Made by a program: the position numbers and the translations under genes. This document shows positions 30,700 to 40,300 of a stretch of 64,000 nucleotides of DNA, in pieces (position 1 is the stretch's first letter; each line of letters starts with the position of its first letter). The notes beneath the pieces were generated by a model that was not told where the DNA came from, made no database searches, and worked only from the letters and a program-made list of their open reading frames with translations. Origin of the DNA: a virus (taxonomy: Duplodnaviria; Caudoviricetes); the IMG/VR virus record IMGVR_UViG_3300033463_005840, positions 32,001-96,000 of that record. The stretch is one strand, 5' to 3'.

Positions 30700-30788
30700 A
30701 ATTTTTTCTTGCACTTTATATAATAATATTGTATATTAAATTGAATCAAAAGTAAACAGATTTTTTAATGATTTTTAGTCTTTTTTGA

Positions 30789-30817
30789 TTTACATTTATA
30801 AAATAATTATATATAAT
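30789..30817 (+). promoter_or_regulatory. sigma70-like promoter
   Basis: TTTACA (30789-94), 17 nt, TATAAT (30812-17). Confidence 0.55.
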
Positions 30818-30849
30818 TAAAGTATAAAGATTAAATTATGGAGGCTACC

Positions 30850-32115
30850 ATGTTATACAGAAACTATAAAATAGAAAATTCAAGTCTTTCGAGACTTTAT
30901 CAAAAAATGTTAGAGTCAGATTGTGGGGTTGTGTCTGCTTTTAGAGATACAAATCCTGAAGATGACAATCTGCCCCCAGAAAAACGTAGACCCTTATCCA
31001 AACAAGATAATTTAAAAAGGACTCGTGCCTTATTAAATTTCTTGAAGAATCCGTGGGTTTCGATAACACCGGTAGATGGGGCGTATCTCTATTATTTAGG
31101 CACACCGAATGAAAGAGAATCAAGGGAACTGTCTTTCTTTGTCTGCAAGCGTAACCCTAATGATGATTTTGATATTAAATCATTGGTAGTAAGTGCTGGT
31201 AAAAAATTCAACCAAGATGCTGTTCTTTTTATTCCGAAGTCTGGTAATTATGCGGAATTGATTGGCACAAGCGACAGAGAAAACGCATATCCAGGTTTGA
31301 ATAAAGTTGAAAAGTTGGATAAAAAATCCTTTGGTAAGAATAATGAATTTATGACCAAGGTAAACAACAGACCTTTTTATTTTTATAGCTGTGCTGAAAG
31401 CGACCATATCACTTCCGCTCCTGAAATTCGTTATTTGAAAACTCAATATAACAGACCATATAATGAATTAGAGCCGTATGATTTAGAAAAAGCTTTTGTT
31501 AAACGTATAAAAGCGGGATTGAAAGACAATAAACAGAAAGTTGAGAGTTCAGGATTATCTCGTCTTTATAATAAGATGTTATCAGCAGATTGCGGTATTA
31601 TTACGGCTTGCCGTGGTGAATTCACTAAGAGAGAGAATCAGCAGAGACTGAAATCCTTGAAGGCCAAATTATCCTCTCCAAGTATCAGTATTACTACTGT
31701 TACGGGGTATTTCTTGGAAAACGAGGGTTTGGAAAATGAAAAGTGGGTTAAAGAAACTGGCTATTTTGTAACGTATGCTCGCCCAGATAATCCAAATAAA
31801 GTAGATTTAAAAAATCTTTTATTAGATTTAGGCGAAGAATTTGAACAAGAGAGCATTTTTTGGATTCCGAAAAACGGAGAAGTCGGATATGAGATTGGAA
31901 CATTAAATGATGAAGACGCTCGTATTCCGTATCATGATAAACATCCATACCCTAAGAAGTCTTTTGGTAAGGAAAACAATTTTATGACCAAAATCGGTAA
32001 TAGACCATTCTATTTTGTTGAAGCATCTAAAAACTCAACGGTCCCTAGTGTTTTTGCCATGCAAGGTATTACACCCTTAAAAAAGAAACATTGGAGAGAA
32101 ATCGAGGTTGATTAA
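30850..32115 (+). CDS. tandem two-domain SAM lyase (T3 SAMase)-like protein
   Basis: Two homologous domains: [VI]S/TA.R...N..R...L...V.G.[YF]...E..[FY]FV...G..F.Q[DE][AS][VI]; pattern matches T3 SAMase as recalled. Confidence 0.6.
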   Translation: MLYRNYKIENSSLSRLYQKMLESDCGVVSAFRDTNPEDDNLPPEKRRPLSKQDNLKRTRALLNFLKNPWVSITPVDGAYLYYLGTPNERESRELSFFVCKRNPNDDFDIKSLVVSAGKKFNQDAVLFIPKSGNYAELIGTSDRENAYPGLNKVEKLDKKSFGKNNEFMTKVNNRPFYFYSCAESDHITSAPEIRYLKTQYNRPYNELEPYDLEKAFVKRIKAGLKDNKQKVESSGLSRLYNKMLSADCGIITACRGEFTKRENQQRLKSLKAKLSSPSISITTVTGYFLENEGLENEKWVKETGYFVTYARPDNPNKVDLKNLLLDLGEEFEQESIFWIPKNGEVGYEIGTLNDEDARIPYHDKHPYPKKSFGKENNFMTKIGNRPFYFVEASKNSTVPSVFAMQGITPLKKKHWREIEVD

Positions 32116-32210
32116 ATTAGACCGGAAAAATAATCTATGTGAGGGGATAATTCCCATATATATATTTATAGAGTCATTTAAAACTTGTTTAAAAAGGAAA
32201 GGAAAAAGCT

Positions 32211-32879
32211 ATGAAAGTTGATTTAAACCATCTTGTTAATTTAATTAAAGAGTATGATGAAAATTTTTATTATACTGAAAATCTGTACGCTAAATTAATA
32301 GCTAAGGAGTTATCAAAAAAATTCGGAATACATTTTTCAGTTGATAATAGCAGCATACAATGTGATTCTTTAGGTTTTGACGAAAGTCTACATAAGTTTA
32401 ACACTTATGAAAGTTTAGAACGCACTATAAAAGACTTATTAGGAAATGATTATACTGATGTGCAGTTAAAAGGACGGTATGACTACTCAATGAGTAACTT
32501 CTATTTTGATAAAAATAAAATAGGAAGGTTTAGCTATAGAGGAGTTCCGTTAGATATTAGTTATTCGATAGCGTCATTATTTGATATTTTGTTATATGGT
32601 TTAACCGGCGAGGCTACTAAAAATTTAGCAGAGGCTAATGAATTAGAGAAAAAAGCCAAAAAGAACGATGATGATAATGCTTTATTTTTTCGTACTAGAT
32701 ACTCTACTGCACTTAATTATGGCACATGGGTTGACCTCGGCAAAGCGGTGGATAAATTCTTTGATGGAATTTCCCTTAAGATATTTCAAAATCAAAATGG
32801 CCTCATAAAAGGGCTCACAGACGAAGAGTGGCAGAGAATTTTATATTTGCAAGATATTTGCTCTAAAAAGTTGCGTTAA
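32211..32879 (+). CDS. hypothetical protein
   Basis: Late motif at 32159, AAGGA RBS. Confidence 0.7.
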   Translation: MKVDLNHLVNLIKEYDENFYYTENLYAKLIAKELSKKFGIHFSVDNSSIQCDSLGFDESLHKFNTYESLERTIKDLLGNDYTDVQLKGRYDYSMSNFYFDKNKIGRFSYRGVPLDISYSIASLFDILLYGLTGEATKNLAEANELEKKAKKNDDDNALFFRTRYSTALNYGTWVDLGKAVDKFFDGISLKIFQNQNGLIKGLTDEEWQRILYLQDICSKKLR

Positions 32880-32894
32880 GTTTGTTTTGGTTGG

Positions 32895-32947
32895 AAAAAT
32901 CCCTCTTGTGAAAAAGAGGGATTTTTGTTTAATATATATTTATAGAA
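32895..32947 (+). repeat. terminator + late promoter cassette
   Basis: Copy of the 23364 cassette, followed by the same leader hairpin. Confidence 0.85.
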
Positions 32948-33014
32948 ATTATCTCTCTGATTCTTACGAGGGATTGTGAGGTAATAAGTAATATAATTAT
33001 GCAAGGTTAAATAA

Positions 33015-33674
33015 ATGCTTAGAAAACATAAATCTATTTTTAAAAGGCCTTTCTCAGTTAAATCAGCAGTTAAAGATTTACAGGCCACTCTTTTGAATGA
33101 TTTGAAAAGAGTCTTCGAGGATAAAGGTCTTTTTAACGATAAAGAGGGAATAATACCGACAGAGGTAGTAGAAATCAATAAAAATACTGTCGAAACGTCA
33201 GCTGATGTGGATTCGGTTTTCTTTTGTACTTCAGGTTATAATGTTAATTATACTAAAGCTGCCGATGCTATAGAGGATTGGATTGCCACCATGCAATCAT
33301 ACGCAAATGAAGACTTAGACTCGGATTCTTCGTCTTATGAAGAGACTGAACTTGAATATATGTATGACATGGATAATAACCACGGCTATTATATTGAATT
33401 GAAAGCCGAAGTGAGTCCGGTTAAAGATTTCAAGAGCAAAGCATTTAGAACTGGTATGCCTGTCGATACTGAAATGTGCAGGATATCTTTGTCAATGCGT
33501 TTACGTGCCAGTGATAATCCTAATTCTTATGTTGACTTCCCAAAAGAATCTCTTATAATTCGTAAGAAGAAGGATTCGGAAATTTACCGAGTCGGTAATA
33601 TTGATGCTCCAAAATACACTTCTTATTGGGATTTGTTTGATTTTATAACTTCTTATACTAAAACGATGATTTAA
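33015..33674 (+). CDS. acidic hypothetical protein with basic leader
   Basis: MLRKHKSIFKRPFSVKSA followed by an acidic body. Confidence 0.7.
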   Translation: MLRKHKSIFKRPFSVKSAVKDLQATLLNDLKRVFEDKGLFNDKEGIIPTEVVEINKNTVETSADVDSVFFCTSGYNVNYTKAADAIEDWIATMQSYANEDLDSDSSSYEETELEYMYDMDNNHGYYIELKAEVSPVKDFKSKAFRTGMPVDTEMCRISLSMRLRASDNPNSYVDFPKESLIIRKKKDSEIYRVGNIDAPKYTSYWDLFDFITSYTKTMI

Positions 33675-33689
33675 AGGGGAAATTAAAAA

Positions 33690-35009
33690 ATGAAAAATTT
33701 TAGAAGAATGACAGCCAGCATAGTGCCAGATTATAAGATGCAGATAATCACGGAAGCACAGGCTAAGAAAATCTTGAAAAAGTTTTCTCAAGAATATGAT
33801 TTCTTGTATAAACATGAAGATAATGTGGCCGGATATAGTGAAGCAGTTGCTGCATATGATGATTTTATTGATAATAAGACTTTTGAAAGACTTATTCAAG
33901 ACTGTGTTAATGTTCGTAGTGATTTTTTCAGTTCTGACCGTGAGGTGGGAGCTTTTATGTTTGCGTTAGATGCTATGGGAGTTTTAGATGCGATTGATGC
34001 TCGTGCTTCTGATGAACAAATTAAGAAAGTTATTGACAATTACAATTTCCCCTCTCGTAAAAAAACTCAAAGTAGTGTAATATCCAAGAGACATAAAGTT
34101 TTATCAGAACTTTCCACCTCTGATGTGAAAAAGGCCGCTCAAAAAGAAGGCTTATATTATTTAACTGATGATTTTCTTAATAAATTAACTGTTTACATAA
34201 ATAAATATGATACTTTATTAGATGTTTCATACTTAAATATTAAGCAGGAAATTAAAAATTATCTTGAAAATTTTGCGGATTTTAAAGATGTGCAATTTTT
34301 TATTGATAATTTTTTACAAGAAGAGTTTGTCTTTAATTTAGATAGTGATACAATTTCGGAAGATTTTAAGAAAATTTATTATAATGATTTTCTTCCTGAT
34401 TTTACAAAGTATTGTATAGAAAATAATATAATCGACAATTTACCTAAAAATAGAAAAGGGTGGACTAATTTAGTTAAGGATTATAAAGATAATTATGGTG
34501 AGTATGATTATGTTAGTGATTTAAATGATGAATTAGACTCTTGCATAAGTGATAAGGTCGAAGGTGTATACGGAGATGACTATGTTCTTAATCTATACGG
34601 GGATTTTGATTTTGATTTGGATATTAATAGCATTCAATATTGGATTAGAGATGCTTATATTCGTAACGAGCCTGATTGGCTAGAAACTTTACGCAAAGCT
34701 GATAAACACGATTTGGAAGATGCGATTGTATCAGCCATGCGAGATAATATTGATATAGACTTAGCATATAATTATTATTCACCGTTTGATAGATATCTTG
34801 AAAATGGTAAATTATTGATTGAAGACGTGTCAATTGGTGAACTTGAGATTCAATTAACGGATACAGGTTTGCCTATTTGTGAAGAACTTTTGGATTTAAG
34901 AAATAATTATACGGATGGAAAGTATATGTATATTAATCGTGAGGGGGATAGCGTTTGCTATTCAGTTAATGTTGATGACGTTTTGAAATACTTGAAAGGA
35001 AATAAATAA
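33690..35009 (+). CDS. two-module putative polyprotein
   Basis: RRMTAS leader, module 1 (..SSDREVGAFMFAL), linker RKKTQSS..KVLS, module 2 paralogous to the 18879 gene. Confidence 0.7.
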   Translation: MKNFRRMTASIVPDYKMQIITEAQAKKILKKFSQEYDFLYKHEDNVAGYSEAVAAYDDFIDNKTFERLIQDCVNVRSDFFSSDREVGAFMFALDAMGVLDAIDARASDEQIKKVIDNYNFPSRKKTQSSVISKRHKVLSELSTSDVKKAAQKEGLYYLTDDFLNKLTVYINKYDTLLDVSYLNIKQEIKNYLENFADFKDVQFFIDNFLQEEFVFNLDSDTISEDFKKIYYNDFLPDFTKYCIENNIIDNLPKNRKGWTNLVKDYKDNYGEYDYVSDLNDELDSCISDKVEGVYGDDYVLNLYGDFDFDLDINSIQYWIRDAYIRNEPDWLETLRKADKHDLEDAIVSAMRDNIDIDLAYNYYSPFDRYLENGKLLIEDVSIGELEIQLTDTGLPICEELLDLRNNYTDGKYMYINREGDSVCYSVNVDDVLKYLKGNK

Positions 35010-35404
35010 TGCTTAATTTACATCAAAAAATTATAAAACTTTTGAAAATTAAAAATTATCTGGCAAAAGACGCTTCGGAAGAATCATTCCCGCCGGAATA
35101 TGTCAGAGCTTATCAGACTTTCTGTTATGATAAAGGTGGAAAGTTTGCTATGTATGCAACTAAATTTCCGACTGAGGAGATTTTACCTTTAGAAGTTAAA
35201 ACAGAAATTGATAATATGATTGCCAAAAAGTCTGTTGCGAAAAAAATTGAGAAATCTGTTGAAAAAATTGTAATAGAGAAGAAAGAAGAGAAAAAAGAGG
35301 AGAAAGTAGAAAATGTTGAAAATACTGCTCCTGTTTCTGTCGAGCCTGTTAAAGAGGAAAAGACAGGTTTCTTTTTTAAGAAGAACAAGAACAAAAAGAA
35401 ATAA
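35009..35404 (+). CDS. Lys/Glu-rich hypothetical protein
   Basis: TAATG-coupled ORF. Confidence 0.6.
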   Translation: MLNLHQKIIKLLKIKNYLAKDASEESFPPEYVRAYQTFCYDKGGKFAMYATKFPTEEILPLEVKTEIDNMIAKKSVAKKIEKSVEKIVIEKKEEKKEEKVENVENTAPVSVEPVKEEKTGFFFKKNKNKKK

Positions 35405-35410
35405 ACGAAG

Positions 35411-35977
35411 ATGCCATTACAACAAAGCCAGCAGTCAAAAATGAATCCAACTTTAAATGTTTTATATAAAGAAACATTTGATGATAATTATTCAAAACCT
35501 AGATTATTTAGTCGTAGGTTTACAAATTATCCGAGTCTTTTGGATATTATTGATGACTGCTGTATGCTTGTTGTTGAAAACCCTGATGATGGGATTAATT
35601 TTGGCGAGTTTCTTAAGTGGCCTGATAATTTTCGCACTAAGCAAGAGCGCAAATTGGTTAAGGCGTTTTTTAAGAATCCTGTCGTAGAATCTTTTAACTT
35701 TGACTGGGATAGAATAAGTAAGTTGGCGAACGAGATTCCGCAAGGTATAGCAAAATCGCTTGATGTTTTACTGTTTACTTTATATGACTCTTATTCTAAT
35801 GAAAAATATGTACCTGTCGAAAAACTTTTAAATGATTTTGGTATCAGAGAAAAAGACGGAGAAAAAGTCAGAAAGATGTTAAAAGAACTCTCATCTAAAA
35901 ACTCAAACTTTGTTTCTTATGTCACATCATCAGGGTTTGATTTAATTAAGCTTAAGGATTTTAAAGATGGCTGCTGA
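35411..35977 (+). CDS. hypothetical protein
   Basis: 188-aa ORF in operon. Confidence 0.6.
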   Translation: MPLQQSQQSKMNPTLNVLYKETFDDNYSKPRLFSRRFTNYPSLLDIIDDCCMLVVENPDDGINFGEFLKWPDNFRTKQERKLVKAFFKNPVVESFNFDWDRISKLANEIPQGIAKSLDVLLFTLYDSYSNEKYVPVEKLLNDFGIREKDGEKVRKMLKELSSKNSNFVSYVTSSGFDLIKLKDFKDGC

Positions 35978-37397
35978 TGACACTAAAATTTCTCTAAGTA
36001 ATGTTTCACCGAGTTATGAGCAGATATATGACCAACTTGCCGCTCAATTAACTAATAAATATTCGTGGCTTTCTTTAAGCCGCTCTTCAACTGCTACCAT
36101 GTTATTGGAGGCTATTTCTGCCGTTGGCGAATCTTCTCAATATTCTACTATGATGGCAGCAAGAGAGGTTTTTCTTGAGACCGCAAAATGCGCTGACTCT
36201 ATTTATTACAATGTTAGATTTTTAGGCGTTAGAATCTCTCGTAAAATTCCCGCTACGGTTAAAGTAAATATACAAAATTCCAATATTAATTCTCCGTACA
36301 TAGAAATACCTGCTTATACTCAATTTACGGTAGGTGATAGGCAATGCTTTAATCGTATTCCTATAATTATAAATAATGCTACAGATGTTATCTCTGTCGA
36401 ACTTTATGAAGGTGAGGTTAAGAGACAAACATTTATAGCTTCGGGTGCGGAGTATCAGCGATATAATCTGGTTGATACTCCGTGGGGTATATCTAATAGT
36501 GATATTATATGCAAAGCAGATAGCCTTATTGAATATAAACGCTCTGAAGACCCTATATTTTTATTTGGTGCCGGCGAGAATAAATTTTATGAAAACACTT
36601 TGCCTGATGGGACTGTTGAGTGCCGTTTTGGTAATGGTATTTATGGTGCTATTCCGCAAGCCAATTCGTCATTAGAGTTTACATATACTGTTACGACCGG
36701 TTCTACTGCAAATAATAATGCCTTAAATTTAGAAGTGTCTTGTAATGACTTCCCTGATATTATTGGTGAATCAACTACAATATTCTATAATGGTAGTGAT
36801 GAAAAAGACATAAGATATTATTCTGAATTAGGTGCTCAAGCCGGCGCTTCTAATGGTCGTTGCATTATTCGTGATGACTTTAGACCAATAATATTACAAA
36901 CACCAGGCGTTATTGATTGTAAAGCATATGGTCAAGCTGAAATTGCACCTAATGACAAAGACTGGATGAATGTTGTTGGTTTAATGCTTTTAGTTGATGA
37001 TAGCTTTACTAATGATTCTTGGAAATCATTAATTGCTAATTTAAAGACTAAAAGAATATGGGGTTTCCAGTTTAAGAGATTCTATCCTAAAAGAGTTGCT
37101 TTAGATATAAGCGTTACTCTATATCTTAATAATAAAGCACAGCCTTCAAAATGCAGAGATAGAGTTGAAAAGGCAATCAGAGATTATATGAAATTAGGTG
37201 TAGGGAGTCTGGGTAAAAGTTTCTTTAAATCAGATTTAGACAATGTTATTCTTTCAACTTTATTAGATGACATTGATTACGATGTAATTGATGCCCCTGC
37301 TGTTGATTATGAGATTGACCCTAATACTTATATTGAATTAAATTCTTTAATTATTAAGACATATTATTCAGAAAGAGAACAAAATAATCTTAGATGA
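35967..37397 (+). CDS. baseplate wedge protein (T4 gp6 / baseplate J-like)
   Basis: REVFLETA..SI, IPAYTQF, FGNGIYG.IP, GSDE, R.IIRDDF. Confidence 0.85.
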   Translation: MAADDTKISLSNVSPSYEQIYDQLAAQLTNKYSWLSLSRSSTATMLLEAISAVGESSQYSTMMAAREVFLETAKCADSIYYNVRFLGVRISRKIPATVKVNIQNSNINSPYIEIPAYTQFTVGDRQCFNRIPIIINNATDVISVELYEGEVKRQTFIASGAEYQRYNLVDTPWGISNSDIICKADSLIEYKRSEDPIFLFGAGENKFYENTLPDGTVECRFGNGIYGAIPQANSSLEFTYTVTTGSTANNNALNLEVSCNDFPDIIGESTTIFYNGSDEKDIRYYSELGAQAGASNGRCIIRDDFRPIILQTPGVIDCKAYGQAEIAPNDKDWMNVVGLMLLVDDSFTNDSWKSLIANLKTKRIWGFQFKRFYPKRVALDISVTLYLNNKAQPSKCRDRVEKAIRDYMKLGVGSLGKSFFKSDLDNVILSTLLDDIDYDVIDAPAVDYEIDPNTYIELNSLIIKTYYSEREQNNLR

Positions 37398-40300
37398 GCT
37401 TTAATCCCGAAGACTTTGTTGCCAGTTTACTTTCTCAGGTGGATGCCCTTCCACCTGATATTTCTATTGATGACCGTGAAATTCCATTGGCAAAGAACTG
37501 CATAGAGTTTTGTCATTCAAGAGATTTTATTGGGAATATGATTCCTGATAAACTATTTCCCAGACAGATTGAGATTCTTGTCAAACTTAATGCTGAGTAT
37601 TGTCCTCATTGTACGGATATGGAGTATTTCGGAGATATAAAAACCCCATCAAAGATTATTGTTAATGATTTTGTTACAAATGTTTTATCTCATATACAGT
37701 TATTAGATTATGGTAAATGTCCGAAATGCGGTGCCAGAAAATCTGAATTGTATAAAAACGGTGAATTATATACGCCTACTGAGTATGTGGCTTGCATGGG
37801 CCAAAGATGTGTAACCGGTGATACTTTAATCCCTACTAATTTTGGAACTTTCTCTTTTAAAGAATTAGCATCTTATCAAGATAATAGTGAAGGCTTTTCT
37901 CCTTATAAGACTAAGATAAGGTTAATAACGGATAGAAAGCTGGTTCTTTTACCTAGTCATTTTTATAAAAAAGAGAATGAAGATATTTACGAAGTAAAAA
38001 CAAAGTGTGGTTTTTCTATCAAAGGAACACCTGAACATCCTCTTTATACCAAAGATGGCTTTATAAAGATTAAAGACTTAAAGACAAAGCAGATAATACC
38101 GATTTATTATAACTCCGATATCTTCGGTAATAATCATGAGTGGACAACCAAACATAGACCATTTGTTTCATTCTCTAAGTTTAGAGCAAATGCAAGAAAA
38201 GCATTTAAAGCGTTAAGACAAACAAAGCTTCTTAAAAAAATAACTTATACTGGAATCAAACCCGATGCCGATTTATGTAAGATGCTAGGCTTTTGGGTTG
38301 CCGAAGGCTGTAAAAACGCCAATATAGTCAACACCGATAAAGAGGTTTTAGATTTTTGCGAAAAGCAGTTAAAACGTTTAATCGTTCAGAAAGACTTAAT
38401 AATAAGAACGCAAAATTCCGTAGGGTCACGTCTTTTAGGTATTTGTGTTTATCTTAACGAGATTTTAGAAGGAAAAATCAAAGCGGGCAGCAGTGGAAAA
38501 CGTATTCCTAGTTGGATATTCAAATGCAATAAGAAAATGCAGGCTGCTTTTTTACAAGGTTTATTTGAAGGCGATGGCGGTACTGAGAAAAATCAAAGCA
38601 TAACTTATTATAGCAAAAGCGCCGGATTGATAGACGATTTAAAAAACATGCTATTAAATTTTGGCATAATAACTAAAACTTATTCTCGTTATAAGTGGGC
38701 GACAAATGGAAGTTCTAAGCAAAAGCCTTGTTTAGTCCATATACTAAACATTAATGGTAAATTTTTAGAGATTTTTCAAAAAGAGATTAACTTTTTCTCC
38801 GATTATAAAAAAGAACGCCTAACAAGATGTGTCGATTTTTATAAAAAGCGCCAAAAGAATTTTAGTTACTGGTATGATAAATTTCCTCATTGCATTAAAG
38901 AAGAGTTTTTCGACCTGTTAAAAGATATGGTAGCGGATATAAAAGATGTTACTATTTATAATTTTTATACACAAGGGTTAGTCTGCGGAACTTTACACCA
39001 CTTAATCTTTTTTGATTCTTTTGAAAAAGCTATAAGAGATGATGTCGAACTTACTAGAAACAACCTTACCTTTATGTATAACAAGATTAAAAGTTCGTCT
39101 AAATATGTTCATCTGTCTCTTGCCAGTAAAACGAAATTAGAAGCTTTCTATCTAAAATATATGGAAGAGGGTATTTTATGGGATGAAGTTGCTTCGATAG
39201 AATATAAAGGTAAAGATACCGTTTATGATGTTACTATACCTGAACATCATTGTTTTTTAGGGAACGGCTTTTTAAACCACAATAGCGGAAAGTCGGCTAT
39301 ATCGTCTATCCAATTAGCTTACATTATTCACAGGTTTTTAAAAACCCCTAATTTGCAAAAGGTTTATAAACTTTTGCCCTCATCTCCGTTTACGATTCCA
39401 TTGGTTGGTCTTTCTTTTGAAAAAGCGAAAGAACTCCTTTATAATGCCCTTTATAAATACGTGACAGAGGGTAATTGGTTTATTCAGTATGCTGAATTTT
39501 TAGATAAAGAATCATCTCGTATGGGATGCCAACCTCTTTATGTTATTAAAGATACTTTTATGCGATTCAGGCATAAAAATATATTAATCGCTCCGTTCGG
39601 TCCCGATAAACGTAAATTAAGAGGCAATACCTCAATTTCATCTGCTACTGACGAGGTTGGTTGGTTTTTAAAGGGTGGTATTGAAGGAATCAAGTTTGAT
39701 GCTGATGAAATTTATGCTTCCGTTAATAACTCTTTAATGACCGCAAAAGAAAGTTATCTTCGTTTATTATCAGAGGGTTATGATAATCTTCCGGTCCCGA
39801 TGAATATTAATATTTCATCTCCGTCTTCAAAAAAAGATAAGATTTGTCGTCTTTATGAAGATTCCAAACATGATGATTATATGTTCGGTATGCACTTAGC
39901 AACGTGGGAAGTCAATCCGTATCTTCCATTTGACGGACCCACAATGCAAGCTCTTTTGAAAAAACATGGTAAAAATTTTTGGCGAGATTTTGGTGCAGTA
40001 CCTCCGAATAGCAGTAACGCTTTTATTAATGATATTAAACTTTTAGAGAACTGTGCGTCTAAGAGAAATAATATATGTAATCTGGAACAATACTCGGAAG
40101 TTGTCGGTTCAAAGAATTATACGACTGCCAGAATCTCTACGGTAATCAGAGATAACAATGTTGCAAACAGAATACTGGCTCTTGATGCTGGTGTGACTCA
40201 TAATAGTTTTGCTTTTGCTATTGCCAGTCTGCAAGGAAAAAAAGTCATTTTTGATTTATTGACTGAGGTGATTCCTTCGCCGGATGCCCCGATTAATTAT

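Noticed and set aside
23953-30780. CRISPR-Cas12f/Cas14 system
   Set aside because: No regularly spaced repeat-spacer array or cas1/cas2 seen; the repeats present are dispersed promoter/terminator units
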